DNA from: Pelomyxa schiedti
Lineage: Eukaryota; Protista; Evosea
Length of the DNA: 64,000 nt
Assembly: GCA_020536535.1 (NCBI GenBank)
Contig: JAHLWZ010000381.1
Span: 35,324-99,323 of the forward strand
Direction: 5' to 3'
Shown here in pieces: positions 1-11,200 of the stretch. The notes under the pieces were generated by a model, which did no database searches, was not told the DNA's origin, and was given only the letters and a program-made list of their open reading frames with translations. Numbering within the stretch: the stretch's first letter is position 1; every line of letters starts with the position of its first letter. Both the position numbers and the translations under genes were made by a program.

Positions 1-125
1 ACAACGATCACAACGACCACAAACTCCATACCGTCGTCATCATTGGTTTTTTTTCCGCACTGCACGTTCTCCCTGACGTGACCTTTTATTGCTTCCCTGC
101 GAAACACATTAAACGGCCAAAACCC

Positions 126-910
126 ATGACACCGTTTCAATATTCAATTTTAAAAATGCCGGTTGGTAATGGTGCTAATTGCACTGCAGGACACTTACTT
201 GCTCGTTCAGCGGCTTCAAAATATTCCCAGGCAGGGGTATCAAGTACGTCAAGGCTGATTGCAAGGTTGGTATAAGCTTCTATTTTTCCCCTCTTCTTTA
301 CCTCTCACAATGCTCTAAAACAACAATAATTTCAACCGAAATTCAATAACCCCACCCAAACAGGCCTTCGTATTTTTCAGCTCAAAGACAAAGAGAGCTT
401 TCCTTCACCGCGCCAATCCTCGAAACCGCAGATGGACCCAGCAATACAGAACAGTCAACAAGAAGGGACAACAAACCGAGGCTGTTGCTCACCAACGCCG
501 CCGCAAAACACACAAGGTCGAGAGGGCCATTGAGGGCGCATCATTGGATGAGATTAGACAAAAAAGAATGCAGCGACCTGAGGCCCGCGCTGCCGCCCGC
601 GAAGCCGCTCTCCTGTACCCCTCCTCCCTTCTTCCCAACAAACTTATTCACCCCAATTTTCTGCCAACAGGAAAATCAAACAAAGCAAGCAGGCTAAAGC
701 CAAGCCCACCTCGGCTGCCCCCAAGAAGCCCGCCGCTCCAGCTGCCGCTGAGAAGGCAGCAAAGCCCGTCAAGGTACTATTGACCCTATTTCGTTTTATC
801 TTGGTTCTAATCAGGGTGTATTACATTTACAGGCAGCAAAAGCCAAAAAGGCAGCACCAGTGAAGAGTGTACCCAAACAAAACCCCAAGACCCAACAGAA
901 GGGCAGGTAA
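126..910 (+). CDS. RPL24: 60S ribosomal protein L24 (eL24), multi-exon
   Basis: Manual splicing (introns ~134-188, ~266-363, ~615-670, ~775-831) gives MTPTLTCSFSGFKIFPGRGIKYVKADCK-AFVFFSSKTKRAFLHRANPRNRRWTQQYRTVNKKG...VERAIEGASLDEIRQKR...AAAREAAL and a K/A-rich tail ending TAA at 910. These are the eL24 signature motifs. Confidence 0.93.
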
Positions 911-1043
911 AAATGTGGACAGGTGCAGTGAACAACATAAATAATCGAAAAATCCTTCTTGTTCTGTTACTGGTTCACCTCCTTTCTTTGGTTTTGGGTT
1001 TGTAGTTGTTTTTGTTGAACAATACACGTAGAGTTCAATCAAA

Positions 1044-1767
1044 TCACGCTTCTTCCACCCTTGATGGCCTTGTTTCCTTGTGCCCAAGCCAAACGGTGAT
1101 GTATTCAACGCTGGTCTCCTCAATTTCTACAGCACTAAGTACGTGTTCGCCGGAAGCAGAAGTGTTTGGGTCGTTGTAGTACTGTGCGTCATCTGGGGGT
1201 TCTACTACGCAATGCTCAGCGTGTGCAACCAGAGCAGTGGGAGTTAGGAAACCCCGATTGCAGTGCGGGCACCACTGGAGTGATTCAGAGGGTGGGGTGC
1301 TGTTTTGGGGCTGTGGTCGGGTGTGAAATTCTTCTATAAAATTCCCTCCATCCCAATTTATTGGTTATAGGTGTGAATAATTACATAAATTTATGTACGG
1401 TACGGAACACCAAGTACTGGGGAAAGAAAAGGGCATACGGCTCTGTCTCATCTGGCTCTTCGTAGAGCGGCGTTGCGGAGTAACTTTCACGATAGTTCCT
1501 GTTCATGTCCTCGAATGTATGTACACGTGGGTGATCAGGCAAGACTCCAAACTGTGGAGGAGACTGGTAGGCACGCGCGCCGCCAAAAAAGTCGCTGCTG
1601 GCGTAACCAAACATCGGCACCCCACCAAAGCCAAAAGGGTCACTTCCAAGCATAGAGAATAGGGGCGAAGCAGAGAAAAATGCTGTTTGCGGATATGCGT
1701 GCTGCCTCTGTGCCGCCCCGTTGCGAGAGGGAAAAAAAGCGTCGAATGGATCAAACCCCCACGACAT
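1044..1767 (-). CDS. Small protein with an F/G/P-rich N-terminus and a C2HC (UBZ-like) zinc finger
   Basis: Exon 1 reads MSWGFDPFDAFF... (ORF 1381..1779). A downstream minus-strand exon translates to LQWCPHCNRGFLTPTALVAHAEHC...RVEEA* (stop 1044-1046). The splice junction was not resolved exactly. Confidence 0.55.
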
Positions 1768-2091
1768 TGGCACCACCAAGAATAATGTTACTGTGGACTC
1801 GCAGCACGGTTATATGTGTCTTCTTAGCTCTCTTTGTCGCTGTTACGGTACGCGCGATCTCCGGCTGCTGACTCTGTAGTTTCTAATTTAACTGAAATTC
1901 AGACAAGTTTCCAGGCAGGTAACTCGAGCTCAGATCTGATCAGAACTGACCAACGTGGCCCACTAGTGTCTCACACTTCCTCCCGAATGTAGTATCCCAG
2001 AAAGATTGCCCTTGCGGCCTGTCCATCATGGGCCCTATCGCCCTTCACCGAATGCAGAAAAACCCGAACAACCAACAACAGCCACGATACG

Positions 2092-3538
2092 ATGGCAGAC
2101 AACCAACCCCAACCGCCACCACCCCCGCCGCCGGCAATGGGAGGGGGCCCAGGGGGGCGAGGCCGCGGTGGGGGCCGCGGCGGGCGCGGGGGAGCCGAGG
2201 GGGCGGGCAAGCGGCGGGCGTGGGCCGACCCCACCGCGGCGCTGGGCGGCGGGGCCTGCGACCAGACCGGGGTGCCCCCGCTGCCCCCCGCGGTGGTCGC
2301 CGCGGAGCCCAGGGAGGGGCTCGACGACGTGGACGCCTTCTGGTCCGCGGTGGCCTCGGTGAGGAAGAGCCAGGCCGGCAGCGGCGGCGTGTGGTTCGTG
2401 CAGCTCACTCCCCCTGGTTTACAGGTTCCCTTTCCTTTTCTTTCCTCCGCTCCTGCTCTGTTGGTGTATTATGGGAATGAATTTTTTTTTTTTTTTGTTT
2501 GTTTGTGTGAATGGTGTGTACTAATGGGATGTCGGGATAGACGGGAATAGTTGTTCTCAAGACATCAAATAGTATAGCTTCTGATTGGTTTTGCTTGGAA
2601 CTTGGAAAGATTCTGGGTGCTCCTATGCCTGTGATGCGTATACTAAAACCGGAATCCGCTGAAGTATTGTAAATTCTTTCCCCAGTCACAACTCTTATCT
2701 CTAATGTGGCAACAGTGCAGCCACTTACGCTTGCCTCGAACGCCTTGCCATACAAACACATGGAGCAATACCTCAACAGGCTAGGGGCCCACGTAACTTG
2801 AACACTCTTCTTCAACTCAGCTTGTGTGTCCCTGGGGCTGGAAGTTTTGCAAAACCTTATGCTCAACTCATGGAATTTTTACCATGCATGACTGGAGACC
2901 TCATGTTAGATTCCGCCATGTCCGCGGAACCCAATCCCACATCACCTGCAACAAAGTGCACAAATACCCAGGAAGCGCTGCAGCGGATCGGAAGACTGCT
3001 AGCTCTAGATGTGTTGACAAATAACTCAGATAGACTACCAGTTGGGCAGTTGTGGAAGTATATGGAAGGAGTTGAGGCAAACCTGCAAAACATCGCTTTC
3101 AGCCTCAGTGATTGTATGCCCTATGGCTTAGACCAGGCACTCAATTGCATATCCCCAACCCGGTCACATCAGAGATATGAGGAATACCTCCAAGAGACCC
3201 AAAAAATCGTTCATGCAGCCCGAGAGGCTTGTTCAACAGACTCCATTCCTTCATACCGGCCATTTCAAACAGCAGCATCCCTGTTGCAAAAAATGTTGGT
3301 TCTTACTCCCGGAGAAACTGCTCCACTGGAAAAATACATAGCAATTGGCTTCTGTGCTGCCCTGGATGAAGCAAAACACAAAATCTCCAGCCGGTCTGTT
3401 TTGGAGGAAATAAGGCAGAAAGTATGCACACCTTTTGAAAGGGTGGTGGAGATGTTTATGCTGACAAATGAATCAGTGGGACTCAACCGCGTCAACACTG
3501 ACTTCCTTTGGGAATTGCTATCTGTCACACTTCACTAA
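2092..3538 (+). CDS. Actin-fragmin kinase-like protein (atypical PI3/4-kinase-like fold)
   Basis: SQAGSGGVWFVQL, VVLK, LMEFL, GRLLALDVLTNNSDRLP and ANLQNI match the actin-fragmin kinase catalytic motifs as recalled (ALDVIVNNSDRLP...GNLDNI). Exons span ORFs 2092.. and 2798..3538. Confidence 0.8.
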
Positions 3539-3782
3539 ACGAGCCATAAAACAGTGTTTTGGCTTAGTGGGAAACTCTTTCGGCGTTCTATGAATAGCCA
3601 TATTCATTGTGCACTTGTTTAAGATAAGTTTGGTTTCCTCATGAGGTCTATTCGACGAAATCCAAAAATGGCCTGTGATCGTTTTTTCTATCCCAGGAGG
3701 GCGGTTAACACAAACTTTGTTCATTTTCCTTCACCAAAAACCAACGAAGTACGACGGGGATTCCCCTTCATTCACTACGCGA

Positions 3783-6700
3783 ATGCACCTGTCCCACGAC
3801 GACGCCGAGAACGACGCGAACGACACCCATAATGCCGCTCAGAGCACATCGCCTACCCCTCCACTAAAGCCAGGGAAGACTGAGGTACAAGGCCCAAGAG
3901 CGACTGTGACTGGGACTGGGACCAGGCCCGGACGGCGGCGCCGGAGACTGGACGCCATTGTGGGAATCGGTGTTGCTGTGGGCCTCGTCGTGGTCACGGC
4001 TGGATGTGTCTGGGCCACGTGGTTTTCGCTTCTGAATCAGTCTATTGACACAATGACAAATGAGGAAATGAAGTACTCTTCTGATTGTGTGCTTTGCTTT
4101 CTTTGTTCCCATCTCTATGGTTGTTGATCTAGTGATAACTTTGCTGTAGTGATTGAGACTGAGATATCTGCTGCCTTTCAGGTTTAAATGTGAATTTCTC
4201 TTTGGAAGAAGTCTTACCCATTGAGACAGGTCTTGACCACACAGGTTGATGTTTTGGCAGCTGGCATGATATTCAATCCTCAGACCGCAGACTCAAGTCA
4301 TGTATCCCAAATATGGCCAGAGCAAATAAGCCTTCTCGTTTCTGTAACTTCCGCTGTTCTGCTTTCAGTTTGTTCAGTTTTTACCAGGGAAAAAATCACA
4401 TTTCGTTTGTTGCTATTCCATTGCATCCTGAAACCTTTGACCCATACATTGAATTTTGTGAGGCTTCAAAAGTTGATATTGTACGAAAATTTTTTCTCCC
4501 TCAGTACCTAGTGACCTATGTGAAAAGATTATGAGTGTTGTGATACCCTTCGCTGATGGAACAGGAAACCTTCTGGTCACCATCAAGGACAACTCTACAG
4601 GCGGCCTAATGTTAGGATATATCGTTTCCTCCACCACCCAGGAGCGCTTACAGATATTTCTTGCTGATGGTAACATATCGTGGCCTCTACTCTTGCAACC
4701 TGCATTAAATGCAACTGGTGGTGTTACCTTCATTGGACCCGCATTTCTGAATTTATTGTACGTAATATGAAGATTCTATATAATTTTCACTCAAGTTTCC
4801 AGTGGGACTTTAGACTCGATGATCTTCATGGAAAAAGTACCTCTGTTATCCTTAGTATTGTAGCTTAAAGGCGAAAGGTTATTTTTTCTCCCCATGGCTA
4901 TCCTCTTGGGTGGGCAATCAGTGGCACAAAAACACTATTGGTGTGGGATGACTGCTTTGTTTCTTATCTGATTCGTTTAGCTTTCTGATATGTTAGGTTC
5001 GATTGAATTTCGGGATGGGAGTTTTGGCTATATCATTGATTCCGTTGGGCTGATAGTGTGTGCAATGGGAGCTGCAAAGACTATGGATGCCGAAATTGGG
5101 TATGAAATAATAAACAATCATTTTATTCAACTCAACTGTGGTTACCACAAGAACTACAACCCCAGACAAGTGCAACGACACAAAAATTTCCAATTCGATG
5201 GAGAAGATTAATAGGCACATAAACACAACTTCTCTTTTGGAATCTGTATACTTGTCAGCCACTTTCGACCACAAAGAATACCAAATGTGACCATCACTTC
5301 TCCTTCACACCTATTTTCGGAAAATTCACACAATTATAAAACAAAAATCAGAGCGGGTATCTGAGTTTGATCCCTCTTTCTATGATTAATTATATCGTGT
5401 AGTGAGCCCCATGTATCCCCATAAAACAGCAAAGTGGACACTTGTTATTGCTATATCTGCAGAGTATTCACATCCCTTTGTGGATTCTACTCACTTCTCC
5501 AAGGGTCTACAAGAAAGAAGCAAATTTTTCTTCCCGTATTATCATCTCCATTGCCATAACTCTAGGACTGGCCCTACTTCTGGTGGGAGTTGCGTATGTC
5601 AGCTCTATTACCTAGAAACCATTAATAAATAAAAGGACCTTCTCTTCAATAAAGTTGTCATCCAATTCCCAGAGTCACAACCCACAGACCCTGGACCTTG
5701 AATCAGGAATTACGAAGGTGAGATACCTAAGCCTTTGACATTTCCATAAATAGTGAATACAGGTGATTTCAGCATTACATTCTTTGAAAGAGTCCAGTGA
5801 TAAAAGAAGCAAAAAACTGATAGCAGAGATCATTATGAGCCTTACTCAAACAACATCCTTATTCATGCCCGACTTGAAGAATCAAGCTGTACTATTTGAT
5901 AAAGACATTCAAAAATGGTATTTTCGGGCTGTCTGTTGAAAGGTTAAAACGTTTAATGACACCCAGGCTGGATGAGGAAATAGCACCCACTGGCTTTAGT
6001 GGTCCCACGGAAAGCCACAGCGTGGCTTCATCACAATGTATTAGTTTGAAAGGATCCCGCCCAGAACTACAGAACATGGATTTGGGATCCCTAGATTTCC
6101 CGGTCAGTAACCTTTCCTAACTTTTCTTCTTATGCTTTGTGTTCAGCTATTTGATCTTCCAAGTGAAGGTATTCTGGAGAATATCTCTATGCAGGTTTTG
6201 GAAGAACTGGATGTATTAAAACCTTTGAACATCCCTACGGATGAAGTTAGGGCTTATATCAATGAAATTGAGCACCTATATCAGGTTGGAAAGGGGGTGG
6301 GGCAAATTTGTAGTTTCTAAGCCTATTTAACGCCTTTTTTCTCAGCCAAATTACTACCACAATCAAGTTCATGCTGCCGATGTAGTTCAGTGTTTGTACT
6401 ACTTGCTTGTACATGGGTTATGGGAAGCCATTGGCGTGAATAACTACCTTGATGTCTTTATCCTGATAATATCTGGGGTGGTGCATGACGTTGGGCACCC
6501 TGGGGTCAACAATGTAGGGATGAGGGCGTTTGAACTATGACTAACATAATTTCAGGCATTCCTCATTGCTACGGAGGATGAATTGGCGATGCGTTACAAT
6601 GGTATTGACCTATCAAATATTTGTTGTTAATATACGTTAGACAAAAGTGTGCTGGAGAACTTTCATTCCAGTGTAGCTGTAAAACTATTCCTCACAAAGT

Positions 6701-7389
6701 ATACAACTCGTTGGAATCTGACAAAAGAGCAAATAAAACAAGGTATTGCTCCCGAAAATCATAAATTGTAATAAAATCACGTCTGTGGGATAGTGAGGAC
6801 AGGAATTATTAGCTTGGTCCTATCGACTGATGTATCACAGCATTTTGAGATTATTTCTAAATTCAAGGTTTGGAAATAGTTCCCCTCAATCTCTTTTGTT
6901 TAGTTGTTAAATAATAGGTTTTAATGGAAAATCCCACCCGAGATTTTCAGAACAACAGAGACCATAGGATGCAGTTGATGTGTATAGCTATCAAAACGGC
7001 AGATATATCCAATGTAACGTTACCACCATTTCACTAATATGAACAAGAAAACTTAAACTTATTTCTAAAAATAATGAACGAGCATAACCCTCATCTCGTA
7101 GGTAATGAGACCACACGATATAATGCTACAGTGGGTGAAAAATCTCACACAGGAATTCTTCGCACAAGGAGACCAGGAACAAGCACACCATCTTCCTTTG
7201 AGCCCATTTGCTGACAGATCCTGCGGCACCGGAAAGCTGGCCAAGTTGCAGACTAATTTCGTTGGTCTAGTGGCAAAGCCCCTTGCTGCGATCTTGAATC
7301 TCGCCAGCCCTGCTGCCGGTTTGTTAAGCAATCTCGAGGCAACTAACGACTACTGGTCTGACAATCCCGCACCACTAGAGCTCAACTGA
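3783..7389 (+). CDS. Class I cyclic-nucleotide phosphodiesterase with N-terminal TM - putative Cache-like extracellular region - TM
   Basis: Spliced C-terminal motifs: YHNQVHAADV (~6353), HDVGHPGVNN (~6484), ELAMRYN/KSVLENFH, STDVSQHF, IKTADISN, FFAQGDQE. Hydrophobic segments occur near 3955-4035 and 5530-5590. Many short introns. Confidence 0.88.
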
Positions 7390-8212
7390 AACCCTTCGGC
7401 GTTCCGGCGTAAAAAGGATAGGCGTAGCTTTGCTAGAGGAGAACAATAGAGAAGAGAAAAGGAATTTTTAATTTCCGTGTTTGTTGGATCAGTCTTCACT
7501 GTCAGTGGAAGCGTCCTTGCCTTCAGCTTCAGCCTAGCGGTAATGGAGGCATTCAACTGAAGAGTTGCCTCCGGTGGCATGCTGCGTGATCTCCGAGTGT
7601 GTCATCGACGGGCTTGCAAGCCATCGTTTACGAGATTTCTGATAACCTCCAATCTCTGGAGGGTCAGTGCTTAGCGTACTACTCAAGAGTAGGGAGTACC
7701 CATTGGGTATGTCAATCCCGATCCCCACTCATTTCACATTCCAAACACACCCACTCTGAAGAAAGGATTTTTTTTGTCCACAAACACACGGAAAGCAACG
7801 TGTGTGTTGTGGATTTTGGAGGCTTGTTGGACCTGTGTCTTGGTCTTCTGGATCCATCACCTTCATCTCCAGTTCTCAACCAGTCACATCAGAACCCTGA
7901 GGGAGATTCCCCACCGTCTTCGCAGTTGGCCATGCCTCCCGACACTCAACAACCACAGGTGCCCACACAGACAAAAACAAAAAACCCAGTCAGTCCCCGA
8001 GTGGGACTTTCCCCCTGTGCACGAACGATGAAAAAGAAAAAAAAATTAGGTTTCAATTACAAAAACCAGAAAGAAACAAACAATCAAGGCAAACAATAGA
8101 AGAATCCTTTTCCTTATCTCGTTCTTGTTATCCGGTGTGTCTCACACCACGAACTACATCCCACACACATAAGTATGCATGGGGAGGGGGAACAGGATGG
8201 CATCATCAGGAA

Positions 8213-11200
8213 TCACGGTCGCTGTTCGTCATGGTCCGCCTTTTCCTTCCCCTTGTCTGCCTTTGCCCTCACTGCACCGAGGGAACCACCATCCTCGTTT
8301 TCTTCTTCTTCCTCCTCCTCCTCCTGCCCCTTGTCATTCTCATCCTCATCGTCATCCTCGTCGTGGTGGTGGCGATTGCTCCTTTGCACCCCCCTGGTGC
8401 CGGACGATGACTTGGCGCCAAAGGGCAGGGGCCTTGTGCAGCACCCCACGTGCACCACCATGTTGGGGCACTTTGTGCACCTGTAGTAGTGCTCCTGGCC
8501 GCCCTCGATCAGCCCAGAGCACTGGGCGCACCGCAGTTCCTCGTTGTCTGTCCCTTCCTCCTCGTCGTTGTTGTCGTCGTCGTCTTCATCTTCACCTTGT
8601 GGTTTTGGAGGCGCGGCTTCCTTGAGCTCCAGGGGGTGCTTGTGAGTCCTGACGTTGATCATCGGCGGGAGCGGGGTCGATGCGCCCGAGCACCCGACGT
8701 GGCAGAACGCATGACAGGAACTGCAGAAATAGACTCCGCCTTCTTTGCCCTCACCACCATCGCCACAAGCACAGCACACGCCGCTGAGGTCCTTGGGGGC
8801 CTTGCCGAACTGGAGCGGGTGCTTGTGCTTGCTGTTGAGGATGATCCACTTCTGCGGGTTCTGCGGGTTCTCGAGGCACTCGACGTGGAAGAAAACGTTC
8901 TCGGTGTGGCACTTGTACGCCCACGCGGGTCCCGGTTTTGGCTTGTTGCAGTGGTGGCACGTGAACTCGCCGCTGCTCAGGACCAGCTGCACTGGGTGTG
9001 TGTCTTGGTTGCACTTCTTCCACGTCAGTGGCTTCCCCTCGACGTCGGGAAGTTCCGTGGCTGACAGACAACACCCCACGTGGAGAGTGTGTTTATCCAG
9101 CTTGCAATAATAAAACTGCTCCTGCCGGATGGCCTCGCATTTGTTGCAGGACTCCTCACAACGGCGAGACTTGAGTGAAAGTGGATGAGGGTGTGCCGAT
9201 TCACCTGATTCGAGTACCCACTTTGGGAGTTCATGAGGCTCTCCGGCACACTGTGGGTGGAAATAAACACCTTCCGGTTTGCACACTTTGCACTCGAGTG
9301 CCCAACATGATCCCGGTTTCTCGCACTGGCAACACTGGAAGTCCTTCATGAACACCATTTTCAACAGGTGTGGATGTTCTGCGAATTTCTTCCAGTTATT
9401 TGGCTCTGATACGGGATCGGGAAGTGTCTCATAGGATTGCTTCATAATGCATTCAACCTCCACAAGGTACGCATCTTCACCTTCACAGACAGGACAAGCA
9501 TAATTTTGCCCGGAGAAATATTTACTGCAGAGACTGCACAGAACGTTGCTCTGGGAACCTCCAAGTTTGAGAGGGTGTTTGTGTACTTCAACCTTCACCC
9601 ACTTGGACAAGCCGTGAGGCTCACCAATGCAGGAAGGCTCAAAGTACAGGCCTCTCTTGGGACAGTGATAAACCCAGCCCCCTTGTTCTTTTTTCTTTTT
9701 GCACTGCCCACACTGATAAGAGCCGCTCTTGAATACCAACTGGAGTGGTGTTTCATGTCCGTCAAACATGCTCCATGAGAATGGAGTGTTTGGTTTTGGT
9801 GGTGGCTCTACTTCAGGAGAGTCGAGGCAGACTTCGATCACAAACGTGGAAGAGCATCGTTTGCAGGTATACCCAATGCGGGGACTCTCCCGGTCCAGAC
9901 GAACTGGGTGCTCATCACCTTCGTATAAAATCCATTCTGGCAACTCATAGGCGCCTGATGTGCACCGTGGATGGAAGTCCAGACTGTCCAATTCACAGTG
10001 ATATTCCAATCCCGATCCAGGCTCTGAGCATTCCGAACAAACGAACTGTGGGCTTGACCGCAACTCGAGAGGGTGTTTGTGTGACTTAAACCTCATCCAC
10101 TTGACAGAGTCGACGGACCATGGGAACTTGAGGTGGGCGAAAGCTTTGAAGAGAACATGAAGAGAATGTTTGGCCACCACCTCACCTTGTTGTGGGTTAA
10201 GAACCACGATCGTGGGTTCACCTGTTTGAAGAGAGAAAGAAAAAAACGAATGTGAGGAGGGTCAATAATGAAACAAGAAAGGAGGGAACAGACATGGAGT
10301 GACATCAAACAGATCCACGAGAGTCTCTTGCAACTCCCTTTCGTCAAACTGGAGATGTGACCATCCATTGACATCCCTTGGGGCATTGGTTTTGAACAGT
10401 CTTGCGGAGCGATCACAGGAGATCTCAATGATGGAGAACGTGTTCTTTGGTTGTTCTTGAATGAGAGATTCATACTGCTCTCTTAGAGTTGTTGTGCATT
10501 TTTTGCCCCTTGGATTGGAATAATTCGAGAAGAACAAACCCAGGAACTTGGGCATCTGCTTTGGTTTGCTTTGTGCTGAAGTCCACACTACGGACTTCAG
10601 TTTTTCAACTTGTGCAAGAACGACGCTGGGATCTACCTCCCTCTCCATTTTGAGTGCCCCAATGATTGCACGTGACTTCAGAAGGCTTTTGCTTTCCACA
10701 GTGAGGCCTTTGACTGTTTGCACGCTTGCATAAGCAGCAACAAGAGGCTGCATCGTGTGGCCTGTTCTGTGAACCAAAGTGACATCGATGTCTCTCCAGA
10801 CTCCAGGTTCAACACGAATAAAGTGGATGTCCCTTCCAGCAACAACAACAAGCATGTTGTCACCTGCTGCTGTGAGGGAGAATATCTGTCCGGAAAATGG
10901 ACCCAACGTGAGGACGCACCTCCTTGGATATACCAACTGCCAGAATAAAATCGTTGAGTTTACTGTGGCGATGGCTGCCACTTCACCCTTCAACAACAGG
11001 CACCATGGCCCATCTTTCACTATGGTAATCAGCTTTTTCTCGAAATAGCCTATTTCTTCCCTGGGTTGTTCCTTAAGAAAGTTAATATTAATTTCAGGAT
11101 CACAACTGTTTGCTATTAGCCCCCCACCCAGAACCAGGTTGAGGTCTAATGCGTATAAAATGCGCTCAGTCAAGAATAGCTGAATTCGACTTTCACTGTT

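Noticed and set aside
1923-1968. Vector polylinker contamination
   Set aside because: The sites overlap in no cloning-vector order I recognise, and the flanks are continuous with native genes.
7599-8099. 166-aa plus-strand ORF
   Set aside because: Non-ATG start, low complexity, A-rich end and no recognisable motif.
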